From the NCBI GenBank assembly GCA_963709405.1, contig CAVPXM010000020.1:1-64000 (forward strand): a stretch of DNA of 64,000 nt, read 5' to 3'. Both the position numbers and the translations under genes were made by a program. Below, in pieces: positions 44,575 through 56,617 of the stretch. Below the pieces are notes generated by a model. It was not told the origin of the DNA. It saw nothing but the letters and a program-made list of their open reading frames with translations, and ran no database searches. This stretch comes from an uncultured Nitrososphaerales archaeon. Its GTDB lineage: Archaea > Thermoproteota > Nitrososphaeria > Nitrososphaerales > Nitrososphaeraceae. The first letter of the stretch is position 1. Every line of letters begins with the position of its first letter.

Positions 44575-46224
44575 ATGTTTTCTAAAATTGTTGATGTATC
44601 TACGTCTATTTCGGATATAAAAGATGATAGCATCATTGCCATCTCCGGTTTTAATATGGCTACAACACCAGAATATCTAATTCTTGAATTATATAAGCAG
44701 TACAAACAACAAGGACATCCAAAGAATATCTTCATAGTATCAGATGCTCTACCTGCAGTGCCTGGAAGGGCATTAGACCAGATAGGTGAAAGCTTGTACA
44801 AGGAACCGAACCAAGAATTTCTCAAAGGAGCTTTGATGCCTTTCTTGGGATTTTCTCCTTGGCTTCAAAAACTTGTAACAGATAACAGAATAGAGTGTTA
44901 TGGGTGGCCCATAGGCGTTACTGCATATTGGTTTAGAGAGATAAGTTCTGGAAGACCTGGTCTTTTAACAAAAATAGGTGTAGATACTTTTCTTGACCCA
45001 AGACAAGATAGCGCTGCATTAAATGAACTTGCAAAGAGAAAAGCTTCGTGCCACGTCCGTGTTATCGATATTGATGGCGAAGATTATCTTCTGTACCAAG
45101 CTCCTAAACCAAATTATGCTATGATTAGAGCCTCTGTATCTGATGAGATCGGTAATCTATCACTGCAAGATGAGGGCATCAGAGGTACTGTTCTTAGCAT
45201 TGCACAAGCGGCTAAAGCAGGACCAAACCAAGGCAAGGTAATAGCACAAGTAAGATGGATGACAAAGTCTGGTACAATAAATCCAAGGGATGTAGACGTA
45301 CCAGGCCCACTAGTAAATCGTATTGTCGTTTCTCCAAAAGAGTACCACTGGCAGTGTGGCAGTATCGAATACGATCCAAGATTATCTTATAAAATAATCC
45401 CACCGGCTACAGAGAACCTGCTTGTAGGCGGCATACCCAAAATATCGGTTGAAGGGCATAAAAAGGTAATAGCCAGGCGAATTCTATTGGAGTTGATTAG
45501 ATTATTTGAAACTAAGCAGTCTCCTGTTTTAGTTAATTTAGGAATAGGTATTCCCACTTTGATTTCGTTAGTTGCAGCTGAGGAGGATGTAACTGATTTC
45601 ATAATAACGGTACTTGAATCTGGGCCTTGGGGAGGACTTGCTCTTACAGGAAATGACTTTGGATTGGCAGTAAGTCCCTTTGCACTCTCTACTATACCTG
45701 ATGTGTTTTCCAATTTTGAGGGAGGAATAATTGACGCTGCATCACTTGGGTTTCTTCAAGTTGATCAAAAAGGAAATGTCAATCCTTCTATGTTACCTAA
45801 TAGGATCTTCGGGCCAGGGGGCTTTCCAGTTATAGCCGGTGGAGTACCAAGAGTATATTTTGCAGGCTCATTTATTGCAGGAAAAAGCGAAATTAGTGTA
45901 TCAGACAATAAAATTAAAATTTTACGTGAGGGCACAATAGCAAAATTCACTGAAAGCGTTTTCAAGGTAGTATTTAGTGGACATCAAGCAATAAAATATG
46001 GACAAGAGATCATGTATATTACTGAAAGAGCAGTTTTTAGATTAAATGAGGGGGGTCTAGTTTTAGAAGAAATTGCTCCTGGCATTGACATACATGAGGA
46101 CATTATATCCAAGATGAGCTTTACACCTATACTAGGAAATTCGATAAAGGAAATGGATACAAAAATATTCAATGAAGGAAAGATGGAGATTAGAGATGAG
46201 GTTATGCATTTGATCAAGAAGTAG
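44575..46224 (+). CDS. Fused family I acyl-CoA:acetate/propionate CoA-transferase (Pct/YdiF-like)
   Basis: GRPGLLTKIGVDTFLDPR, VNLGIGIP, catalytic ESG, GPGGF and YITERAVF...EIAPG. Confidence 0.92.
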   Translation: MFSKIVDVSTSISDIKDDSIIAISGFNMATTPEYLILELYKQYKQQGHPKNIFIVSDALPAVPGRALDQIGESLYKEPNQEFLKGALMPFLGFSPWLQKLVTDNRIECYGWPIGVTAYWFREISSGRPGLLTKIGVDTFLDPRQDSAALNELAKRKASCHVRVIDIDGEDYLLYQAPKPNYAMIRASVSDEIGNLSLQDEGIRGTVLSIAQAAKAGPNQGKVIAQVRWMTKSGTINPRDVDVPGPLVNRIVVSPKEYHWQCGSIEYDPRLSYKIIPPATENLLVGGIPKISVEGHKKVIARRILLELIRLFETKQSPVLVNLGIGIPTLISLVAAEEDVTDFIITVLESGPWGGLALTGNDFGLAVSPFALSTIPDVFSNFEGGIIDAASLGFLQVDQKGNVNPSMLPNRIFGPGGFPVIAGGVPRVYFAGSFIAGKSEISVSDNKIKILREGTIAKFTESVFKVVFSGHQAIKYGQEIMYITERAVFRLNEGGLVLEEIAPGIDIHEDIISKMSFTPILGNSIKEMDTKIFNEGKMEIRDEVMHLIKK

Positions 46225-46462
46225 AAAGAACTGATTCTCTAGCAGGCCTTACTAGCAGGATCCTTTTCCGTTAGGTCAGCATCTTTTTAATTTCTGTAAG
46301 CTTTGCTTAAAATCTGCAGCCATCAACAGACTAGGTATACAATGTCCTCAAGCTAAATTTGTATTGACCAAGACTATTAGGTAATATCATATGCCAGGTC
46401 ATTTCTGTTTACTAGTGTCTGTTTTATTTTTGAAGATTGCCTTTTTAATTGGACTCTTTTAG

Positions 46463-46915
46463 TTATTCTTCTTGCATCGATTGCAATATCTTTGCATTTA
46501 TATCATCAATATCCAAGTTCGCTTTTAGATATCTTGCAAAATCAGAATGAGTAATTATGCCCAAAGGTTTGTATACATCATTATCTTGTATAACAAGAAG
46601 GTGTCTTACACCATTCTGAATCATTATATCAACAGCTTGTTCAACTGAGGCATTTGCATCAATAGCAAGCAGTGGGAAAGACATTACATCTTTTATTTGC
46701 ATATTGCCGCTACTTGCATCATTAACACATACTTTTCTTACTAAATCTCGTTCAGTTACTATACCAGCAGATTTATTGTAATTGTCAGTTACTACTAATG
46801 AACTTATATTCTTGTCTCTCATTTTCTTTGATGCTTTTTGTGCAGAACTTGATATATCAATTGTTTCAAGCGTGTTATTCACGAGTTGCCCAATTGGCAT
46901 TCTTTCTACAGGCAT
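46463..46915 (-). CDS. CBS-pair protein
   Basis: GIVTERDLV and VRHLLV...GIITHSD. Confidence 0.92.
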   Translation of the reverse strand: MPVERMPIGQLVNNTLETIDISSSAQKASKKMRDKNISSLVVTDNYNKSAGIVTERDLVRKVCVNDASSGNMQIKDVMSFPLLAIDANASVEQAVDIMIQNGVRHLLVIQDNDVYKPLGIITHSDFARYLKANLDIDDINAKILQSMQEE

Positions 46916-47522
46916 GAATAATAGGATCAATAGTAGATATCTATAAAGATTAATACAGTGGAGGCAGAATAATGCAGATCCAGAGACATAAATTAGTTAG
47001 CAAATATTGGTCAATTATACAAGTGTAATTAGTATTCTATACTAATCACTAAATGAAGCATTTTCTGTTCTATCTATCTTATATTTACATTTATTTTATC
47101 ATTGCATTAACCTTAACTTCATGTGTCAAGTAGCATGTTTGAGTAGTTGTTAAATAGTAAAGAGAAACGAGATGACGACAATTGATTCAGAGCAGCTTAC
47201 AACGGACCAGATGTACTACAATTATAAATCATGTTAGACATTATTATCGAGATAGGCATACCTGTCGTTGATGTGGGCGGCCTTCACAATAACTAAGCCA
47301 ATGCTTATCCTGCTAATTTACCATTAACACAAGTTTACAAGAGCAGGAGAATTCCAATACTTCTGTCAGTTACATTCTGCTATGACGCGGACAGTTATTG
47401 TTGCTTAGAAGGAATATCTCTTGTCGTAAAACAACTACTATTGTGATGGTAGGCCAGATAATAACAATATTGATTATTTTCTATTGTTGCATTAAGAACA
47501 ATCAAAGTAGCGTATTCTTTGA

Positions 47523-47870
47523 TTGCTCCTTGAAGAAAAAGTATACTCCACTTTATCTAATGGAGCAACCCTGGTGAAACTTGCTGTAACTTGTGTAGTC
47601 CATTCGATAAAAAGCAACCCAGAACAATACGTTTCGCTAATGTATGGTAAATATTCACCGACGAATTACAACCTGCCATCCCACTCAGTTCATACTGATG
47701 ATTATAGTACTCAGGATTTGAAAATCCTACTAACAAATGATGCGGCGAAACTTTATAGCATACTTGCTAAGGATCTGGGGGATGAAATTCTTAGCAATTA
47801 CAATATCGGTACCTCACAAACCTCAATACAATCAATATCCCCATCAGAGCTAGACCTAACTTCAAAATAA
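47523..47870 (+). pseudogene. C-terminal fragment of the HTH/coiled-coil family
   Basis: LVKLAVTCVVHSIKSNPEQY resembles the tail of the family seen at 43354. Confidence 0.45.
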
Positions 47871-47879
47871 TACACTGTC

Positions 47880-48220
47880 TGATAAAGGAAGGCATGAAAA
47901 TGCCTATCTGACAAATATACTTCTCCAAACACAGAATTCAGACTACCAGAATATGCATCAAAATCACATAGAGCCAGTATTTTTTTTGAATTAGATGGCT
48001 TGTACTTGTATGAGAGCCATTGTAAAATATCATTTGATTTCCATTGATTTCTTTGCTTATCTAATAGTTGATTAGATCTTTTATCTTTTAGATCTTTTAT
48101 TTGCGAAGCTGTAACGATAGAAGCATTAAAGCCTTCAGATAGAATCTTTACTAATAGAGAGATGATTTCTTTAGCTGGCTGAAATAAAACAGGTTGAAGG
48201 ATGATATTTTGCGTAATCAT
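47880..48220 (-). pseudogene. Archaemetzincin (M54) N-terminal fragment
   Basis: DKQRNQWKS...LCDFDAYSGSLNSVFGE. The HExxH motif is missing. Confidence 0.75.
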
Positions 48221-48395
48221 CTGATCAAGGATTCTTTATTTCAATAATTCCATAAAATTTGGATATGTATAATCAACCATCCGTGTATAACCCATATAAC
48301 AAATCCTTCTTAATATCCACCAATTACAGATGAACATATATCAAATTTCTCTTAACTTTTCATCTTGTTGCCTGTGTATGTGATTCTATTATTGC

Positions 48396-49058
48396 TTAGC
48401 CCTTTTGTTTCTTAGATTTATGACCATTTTTTAATACAAATATTATAGCTATTACAGCTATGCTAGGTAATAATATAGCCAGAACCTTACTTGCCACAAG
48501 GCCCACATTATTTTCGGTATCTCCAGGTGAAGAAGGAAACGGATTCAAAATGCTTGGAAGTGGCTGATTTGGAATAAAGACGTTAAATGACGCTAAAGTG
48601 GAAGAATTTTTTTCATTTATTCTAACTATGACTTGATGAGTGCCATCATCTGGAAATATGTATTTTATAGAGAAGTCTCCATCTGGAACTCTTATATTTT
48701 CAAATTTAAATAATCTTTCACCATTTGTTACGGCCACTCTTGCAGTAAAATCTTTTAAATGATCACTTGTAGTTAAATTTTGCACACTAAATTTTAATTC
48801 AGTGAAAGTATCAATTATTGGTTTTTCCGGCTGATATGTAAATTGAATCTTAATGCGATCATTATTATTTATCCATTCTTGAGTTCTATTTCCATACAGA
48901 TGTGCATAAGAAAGTTGTGGGGTTATTGTGGATACGTCTATTATGGACGTAGTTGAAAATATTGTAATTGAAGTAGCAATAATAATAATAATAATAATAA
49001 TAACAATAATAATAATACTATATGCTTGCGTGGAAGAAGATAAAGAATCAATTAACAT
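48396..49058 (-). CDS. Secreted, C-terminally anchored Ig-like protein
   Basis: Poly-Ile signal, SYAH cleavage-like site, YIFPDDGTHQVIV and a C-terminal TM with a basic tail. Confidence 0.7.
   Translation of the reverse strand: MLIDSLSSSTQAYSIIIIVIIIIIIIIATSITIFSTTSIIDVSTITPQLSYAHLYGNRTQEWINNNDRIKIQFTYQPEKPIIDTFTELKFSVQNLTTSDHLKDFTARVAVTNGERLFKFENIRVPDGDFSIKYIFPDDGTHQVIVRINEKNSSTLASFNVFIPNQPLPSILNPFPSSPGDTENNVGLVASKVLAILLPSIAVIAIIFVLKNGHKSKKQKG
48978..49016. repeat. (AAT)8-AAC-(AAT)4 microsatellite
   Basis: Seen directly; it encodes IIIIVIIIIIIII on the minus strand. Confidence 0.95.
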
Positions 49059-49235
49059 TTACCAATAGCTACAAGTGTGCTCATATAAATAAAATTGTGT
49101 GGTTATCCCACGAAATTGAGTTAACGCAATCAGCAATCAGTAAAAAAGTTGTATTGATAATCCGATACCCGTCTTGTCAAACATAATTTTAACTGCAAGC
49201 CAATATGTTGTTATCAAAGTTGGATGGATTCCACA

Positions 49236-50646
49236 CTAGTTAGCATCTTTGGGGCTAGGCATGAAATTCTCATTGATGTACCTCTTTAGTCTTTGTGCAT
49301 CAGCGCTGCTTATCAATATATCATCGCTAAAAACGTTCTTCTTTCCCTTTGATGCTCTTACACTGATGGCATATTCATGTCCTGTCTTAGGAGTAATTTC
49401 CATTCTCAAGTCTGGGCCTTTGGCCAGCATGCCTTTTACAGCCTGAGCAACGAGTACATCCTTATTATTATCTCCGACGTTTACAACTTTACGTGGTTTA
49501 TCAAATTCTAAATTATATCTGTTGATTCTGTCTTCTATCATAATCTTCAATTTGTCAACCTTATGTTCGTTTTCCATTCTGACAATATAATTCTGCAGAC
49601 CTTCGATTTCAAAAATTGAGGAGAGGTGGAAGCAGTTTGAGGTGAAGATTCTTGTAGCTTTTCTTCCTCTTCTTGTTTGGTTTCTAATCTCTTACTATCC
49701 CATACCATCCCTTCTTTAGCCACAGTCATTCTGAATTTTCCTTCTTTTCCTATGATTTGAAGATGTGAATCTATTACCTTTTGAAGCTCATCTACAGTCA
49801 TAGCTTTTACAGGACCTCTAAACCATTGATTTGTAGCCTCTTCAAAGTCTATAAGGCCTCTGTAATGAACAATATAACATTCTTTTGCATTCCATCTTCT
49901 AACTAATTCAAATGCTTCACTAACAGAGATCATTCCAGTTTGAGGATGAGGATTGTAGCTTTGTGTACCCAAAATGGCAAGATCTGGATTCCATAATAAA
50001 TCTTCATTTACATTCGGCAACGACAGAAAATCCCATCCAATTATTACTTTATCGATTAGTTAGTTTCACTATATATATAACAGATCCAGCTGGCGAGTTG
50101 TCGCCATGGTCAGCTAAAAGAGGGATTACAGAAAAAGGACCTATCTGGAATGTTTGGTCTGGCTGTACTATGCTAAACACTAATTCTTTATTATTTATTT
50201 TAGAAGACAGTTGTGGATACTTACTGAGGATCTGGTCGTGGCATTGTGAGGTACAGTATATATTCAAATTTTTTGACTTTGATGTTTTGTCTGCCAAGAG
50301 AGGTAGCTCTTATAATATGATCGTCATGTGAATGCGTTACTAATAGAGCATCTGGAAGAATCGACGATGAGGCAAATCCAAGATCAAAAATGCCTTTTTC
50401 AATACTTTTGACTATTCCTTGGCCTATATCAACAAGTATATGAAAAATTTGATTAGTTTCACTTGCCGTGGCAAATAAAGAACAAGAAGTGTTTGTACTT
50501 GTTCCATGCTGTTTTACTTCTGCCGCTCTTTCTGACTTTTCTACATTTCCTAAGGTTGCAATATCTGGAAGTACTCCATTAATCCTTAGCAATAGCTGAT
50601 CTTGTGATAGTCTCTTAGCAGCTGCAGACGATTGCGTATTTAACAT
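49236..50646 (-). pseudogene. Metallo-beta-lactamase-fold hydrolase split into four ORFs
   Basis: ILVDIG, THSHDDH, ADHG and YIVHY lie in consecutive co-oriented fragments. Confidence 0.75.
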
Positions 50647-51169
50647 ATTGGTATTACGAGAAGGGATTAGTTAAACTTAATGATTAAGTATATCTAATAA
50701 TTTTTGAATTTAAAGCAGATACTTATAATTCTTAGAAAGATATCTTTCGCATTTTATATCATAGCGTCACTAGAAGATTCTTATAAAAAGTTCTGCATGC
50801 AAATCAGAATAATGACATCACTTCTATCTCTGCTCATCATTTTTCCATTCCATTGATATATTCTGAGCGAGCATATTTGTCTCCTCAACTGTTGATAGTG
50901 GTACGCTTTCAATTTCTGGAATTTCCATTCTTCGACCTTTTTCTATCACATCGTAGAGTAAACTTAATTCATACTGAATAATTTCTTTTCTCGTTAGCTG
51001 GATACTTTGCTACTCATTATACAATTTAATTAATTCCTATAACATCTTATCTGGTCCTCTATAAATCTATAAATCTATAAATAAATCTAATAGGCTATAG
51101 GTTAGATCTCTGTAGCAGATATTACTTTAGTTGTACTAATAATTAGTTAATTGATTAATTAATTATGTC

Positions 51170-51410
51170 CAGGCACAATAAATATTGGTAGAATTGCGGT
51201 TGCAACTACTTACGCAATTATCATAAACGGAAACCCTATTCTAAACCATCTCCCAAAAGTTAGATGATGTCTAAATTTCTCGCCTAAACCTGCGGTTATT
51301 ATACCTGCACTTGATCCAATAAGAGTACAATTATCATCCAAGTCTGGAGTTTAATTGAATGATGGAGATTCTCCTCCGCGCACGCCCTCAATTTATCTGA
51401 ACTCAATGAA
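51170..51410 (-). pseudogene. ArsB/NhaD-type transporter C-terminal remnant
   Basis: NCTLIGSSAGIITAGLGEKF...FGRWFRIGFPFM with an in-frame stop. Confidence 0.7.
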
Positions 51411-51600
51411 CTAGCCTGCATTATTATTAACTTTGATAAAGACTTTAGATATAATAATAGTTATGCAATGAACCGCTTCGAGAACCCTGCCTAGGGTTTA
51501 TCTATAATAGTTAGATCAACATAATAATTAAACAAGTCTATGAATAAGCGACTTGACAAGCTTATTATATTGTTTAGGAATACCTGATCTTGTCTTATCG

Positions 51601-52143
51601 ATGCAAGCAGTTTATATTGTAGATGATGCAAAAATTGCAAGTGTCTTAATTGATCCAATGCGAAGAGCTATCTTGAATTTGCTCAGGCAGAAGCCCATGA
51701 CTCAGGCTCAACTAGCTAACGAGCTGGGCTTGTCCGGTGCCTCACTTAATCATCACATGAAGATATTAAGGTCAAAGAAATTAGTTTCAATAGCCAGAAG
51801 GGAGATCGAAAGGCATAGAATTATGCAGATATTCTTCTCAAGTGTGGCATATCTATTTGTATATGACCTGAATTTATTACCTAAAAATATTTCTCGTTAT
51901 TTCTATCCTGTGAGTCTTGAAAGAGCAATGGTCCTCATTGCTCTATTGATGTTAAAGGAGAGGTCATTTAAAATTGATCAGAACCCAGAAATCACCAACG
52001 CTTTAGCAGAAAGGCTATCTGGGTTAATCGTAAAGACAGCAAGAAGATATGAACACAAGAGTGTTGACTCTTCATATGAAAGAATAGTTTTTGAAATATA
52101 CACTAAGGCAGTAAGCGAACTATTGCTTACAAATATTCATTAA
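51601..52143 (+). CDS. ArsR-type wHTH regulator
   Basis: DPMRRAILNLL...QLANELGLSGASLNHHMKIL. Confidence 0.88.
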   Translation: MQAVYIVDDAKIASVLIDPMRRAILNLLRQKPMTQAQLANELGLSGASLNHHMKILRSKKLVSIARREIERHRIMQIFFSSVAYLFVYDLNLLPKNISRYFYPVSLERAMVLIALLMLKERSFKIDQNPEITNALAERLSGLIVKTARRYEHKSVDSSYERIVFEIYTKAVSELLLTNIH

Positions 52144-52367
52144 TTGGACTAGTATAAATTCCTAAGTGTACCGACCATATCTATCCCTCCAAGGAGAGGG
52201 GCAGAGGAGGAGTGAATAATTAAGATGAAGGCATATTATTAAATTTCACTTTACTGTGCATGCAATGCAAGAACCGATTGTCATGCCTTGTATAGACGGT
52301 ACATTTTATTATTTTTTCATCGTCACATTCTTTCTGTCTCTCTATCTTTCTTATTGCTCCTATTACC

Positions 52368-53162
52368 TACACCAATTAAGATAAGTATACTTACATATTA
52401 TTGATGGAATTGTCATATTCTTTGTACAGGAAGAGCTATAGCTTTGTTCATTGATCTGCTTTCCTGAATGAGTCTTGACTCTTAGTAGAGGAGAATTAGA
52501 AACTCGGTACAGAAAGGAATCACGAGCGGGACTAAAGGAGAGGCTGTTGCTTATTCTCAAAGTCGAAGGTGAAGGAATGATTCCAGCCCATGTTGCAAAG
52601 GAGCTGCACAGAAGCAGAACGTGGACTTCTGATTGGCTTGCAAGATATCATAAAGAAGGAGTTGATGGACTTGAGAATAGGCCTAGGAGTGGTAGGCCCT
52701 CCAAGCTACCTAAAGAAGTTGCTCTTAAGGTAAGAAGGAAATTAAAGGAAAGAAAACAAGGCTGGACAACACAGCAGATAAATGAAATGATAGTAAAAGA
52801 AGGAAATGTACACTACCTCAAATCTATATCTACACATTGCTGCATAAGTGGGGATTCAAACAGAAAGTACAAAGGAAAGTACATGTTAATACTGCATCAT
52901 ACGAAGAGAAAAAGCACAGAAGATATTAGACTGTTTACCTAAGGCTTTTACGGCAGTATCATTAGATGAATCATTCTTTTTCTTTGACAGCCTTGTTAGA
53001 AAAGTATGGAGCTATAAAGATTCCAGAGCTGTGGTTACAATAACAGGCTCACACAGAAATTTCTGCATGTTTGGAGCTACTAGTCTTGAAGGAAACCAGT
53101 TATTCAGACAGTTTGAAAAGTTTAATGAGGATACATTTTATGGCTTCCTAAAACAGATGCAT
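52368..53162 (+). mobile_element. IS630-family element (type B), 5' part, degenerate
   Basis: Left TIR TA-CACCAATTAAGATAAGT, HTH ORF with RPRSGRPSKL, and SLDESFF. 53013-53162 is homologous to 17770-17918. Confidence 0.88.
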
Positions 53163-53481
53163 GAAATGAAGCGATTGCACACTCTACAAGAGTGTACCCT
53201 AGTATAAAGCGACTGGATATGGATTAATAAATCTGAGAATAATACGATAGTTGAAAAATGGTAGATTCCAGTGCACCTCAAGTTGTATATTGGTCAGTAC
53301 AAGGTCTAGACTTGATTGACAATACACTAAACTGAGTTCGAGGAGAAAGAAAAAAATGACATCAACATCAAAATAGATGACGTCGCTTACATAGTTGTGC
53401 TGTTATAAGGGATAAGCAATTAATGGGTATCTTATGCCAAATACTTTAATATTATAATTTCCATTTATTATTTGTGGTAAC

Positions 53482-53928
53482 ATGGACACGAAAGTCTCAT
53501 TAAATTATAATTTGACACATCATAAACCACAAAACGAATTACTATTTTCTGAAATATCACCTATCTGGTCTGAACGTCTGAATCATGCAAGAGACAATAT
53601 TTCTCCCTTTTCACTAGCACGTATAAGATGGTACTATGAACTTAAGAATTCATCAACATGTGTAGTGGGTGAAGCATATGGATTTTCATCAACATACGTG
53701 TCCAAGTGTAAAAAATGCAATAGATTAGGCTGGAAGTTTATGTTTTATTTCCTAATACAATCAAATTCAAGTATTGAAAGGACGAAAATAAAATTTGTAG
53801 ATCATTGGAATAAAGAACATTATGAAGTCAAAATTAGAAAAAAATTGAATACAAATACAAATTCACGAATTCAAAAGCCATTTTCTGTTTCTCAATCGCA
53901 TGGATTAGCAGTAACTGTAAAAAAATGA
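53482..53928 (+). CDS. Conserved hypothetical protein with Cys motif
   Basis: CVVGEAYG...CKKC...FVDHWN. Its stop overlaps the next ATG (ATGA). Confidence 0.65.
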   Translation: MDTKVSLNYNLTHHKPQNELLFSEISPIWSERLNHARDNISPFSLARIRWYYELKNSSTCVVGEAYGFSSTYVSKCKKCNRLGWKFMFYFLIQSNSSIERTKIKFVDHWNKEHYEVKIRKKLNTNTNSRIQKPFSVSQSHGLAVTVKK

Positions 53929-54970
53929 TAATTTTCTGTAAAGTACCTTTTTTACTGTTATCAATCTTTGCAATTATCACGGTTAATTTTTTATTATATT
54001 CCTCGGTTAACCCTATTTTGCTTTTCCATGATATGCGATATCACAATCTAGCATATGCCGCGGGTGCTAAGCATTATACTATAACAATTCCTAAAGGATC
54101 TGCAAATCCCGAAGTTGATATAACAAAGCTAGGTCCCAGACAATGGTATTTGCCTAGAGAACTGAGTATAAATCTAAACGATACAGTGACTTGGATTAAT
54201 AATGATACAGAAGCTCATACTGTTACAAGCGGTATTGGAGGAGGTATGGAAAGCTTGATAAACACTAAAAAGTTGGGAATCCAAACTGGTATTTTTAATA
54301 GCGGTCTATTTAAACCAGGACAATCCTGGATACACACATTTAGCAGGCCTGGGACATACAATTACTTTTGCACCATACATCCATGGATGGAAGGCATAAT
54401 ACAAGTAAAAGCACAACCACAGAACATACCTAATTATCCAGTTACTGACTCGGGTAAACGAATAGACAAGCTACCTCTGTATACTTTTACTCCTGATGGA
54501 ATGCTAGAGGTGGGTTTAAGTTGGGATCCCCAAGTATTGCTAACAGGTAAGGAAACAACTTCTTTGTGAGTTTCTTTGATCGTGCAAACAATAAGCCTAA
54601 TCTCTTAGCATTTGATTTCGTTTTAATCCAAAATGGGAAACAACTGGAACGAATTCCGACTGGTGCTCAAATGGGGATGAAAGTACAACAGTACGTATTT
54701 GCAAATTCAGGTCCTACAAATATTAGAATTGAAAATATAGGGGGTATAAAAACATCATATGCGGCGTTCAATACGACAGTATATGATAACCCTGCTATTT
54801 CCTCATCTTCAGCTAGCCAACTCGCATCGCAATACGCGAAAGCCCTTCGTGAGTCTGGTTCGTTCCAGATAAGTCCACTAACACTTGTTTATATTGCATA
54901 TATTATTATATTTGGTATTCCAGCGGCTGTGGGTGTGACATATTTTCTCTATAGAAAGGGAATAATTTAA
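53925..54970 (+). CDS. Membrane-anchored cupredoxin (blue copper) protein, one frameshift
   Basis: Type-1 Cu ligands HTVT and YFCTIHPWM, a signal peptide, and a C-terminal TM in the second ORF. Confidence 0.88.
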
Positions 54971-55654
54971 TGCGGGATATTGATAAATGAATGGTCTCAA
55001 CTTTATTTAGTCTGTAATTTCAATTGATTGTATACCAAGATAAAATCTTGCTATATCAAGAGCAGTCGCTGTTAGCTTGACTAAACTTAACCAGCATCAG
55101 TTATTAGGAATGCGATACATTGTATTCCGTACTACCTAAGTGTAGATACGATATCAATAATTTTAGCCAATTATGGACATGCTGTTTGTTACAATTGTGT
55201 TTTCGCCATGAAAAATGATCGTCAAAATATTCTGTCCTATCTTTTATTTGTTCTTCAAATCTTTCCATCAAAATCTTCAACTCACTCTCATATACCTGAT
55301 GCCCTAATCGATCTTAACCGCTTACAATGTTATTGCATCAATATGTAGATTGGTTATTTCAATATTCCATTGGGTTTACATCACAGTGTTTTGTAGAGTT
55401 TAGACATCATGGGGTTAATCGTATAGGTTGTCAAATGTGCTCTTCTTTACTCTTAGCCTGTTACTAACTCTAGATAGTAAAGAAACCTAATTTACCGTCG
55501 TTGGCTATATGAATACGGATTACCAATTCCAGGCTACTGATGATGATGACAGTGTAACGCAGTACAAACAAAAAAACAGATCCTAGTATAGGCAGCGCTA
55601 AGTAACTTTGTTTTTGATAAATAACAACAACGAACTGCTTTTGTCATTTTATTA

Positions 55655-56564
55655 TTACCCTCTCATGATAAAAGCGGTGTATGTTACTAGCGATCTCAGT
55701 TCTAGACAATCTTCCAAGGCAAAGTGCCCTGTATCAAGCCTATGCATCTCAGCGTTGGGTAGATCTTTTAGGTAAGATTCTCCACCTTCACGAGTGAAGA
55801 ATATGTCATTCTGTCCCCAGAAAATCAATGACTTTGGCTGATAGCGCTGTAAGAACTCTTGCCATTTTGGGTACAGTTCTACGTTAGTGCGGTAGTCATA
55901 GAACAAATCCATCTGTACCCGACGCGCGTCTGGCCTTTCCATGAATCTGAAGTCCATGTTCCAGTTGTCAGGACTGATGGCTTCAGGATTCTTGTGACCG
56001 TATAGATAGACTTGCCTGATCGTGTCTAGTTGTAGAAATCCGTATAAGGGCTCCTCCGTTTCAGGAGTACCGATCCTTCCAAAGTGCGTTACGTAGTCCA
56101 TCCCATGCGCCTGTAAAGCCAATTTCATAGGCGTTTGTGTTTTGTATTATTAGCCACTCGAGCCATTCAGGATGTCGAGTTATGATTCGGAAGCCTACAG
56201 GCCCACCATAGTCTTGCATGTAAAGCCCAAAGTGTTTAAAGCCTATGGCCTTCAAGAAATCCTCCATTATTTCAGAGAGTCGATCGAATGTGTAGTTGGA
56301 TTCATCCGGATTTGGTAAGTCGGAGTTTCCAAAACCAGGATAGTCAGGTGCGATTACATGGAAATGGTCGGCTAGGGCTAAAATAAGGTTGCGGTACTGG
56401 TGAGAAGAGGCAGGAAAGCCATGGAGCAATACAAGCTTCGGATTTGATTGGTCGCCAGCTTCTCTATAGAAGATAGAGAGCCCATCAACTACTACATTCT
56501 TATACAATGTCATCCTTGAGTTGTGTGATATTAGTTTTTCTTGACTTGAAATTAGTTTGTTCAT
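55655..56564 (-). CDS. Alpha/beta hydrolase (epoxide hydrolase/dehalogenase-like), one frameshift
   Basis: LLHGFP, APDYPGFG, QDYGGP, WGQND and DTGHFALE. Confidence 0.92.
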
Positions 56565-56617
56565 ATCAAAGCAAAAAATACTCTTTTTTTATTTAAGAAT
56601 TGAGGTTTACCGACACA

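Noticed and set aside
51058-51090. CTATAAAT tandem repeats as an origin or operator
   Set aside because: Short AT-rich slippage repeat in a low-GC genome, with no cdc6 or ORB motifs.
51348-51405. Possible C/D-box sRNA (ATGATGG...CTGA)
   Set aside because: Box C is imperfect, there are no C'/D' boxes, and it overlaps the minus-strand transporter remnant.
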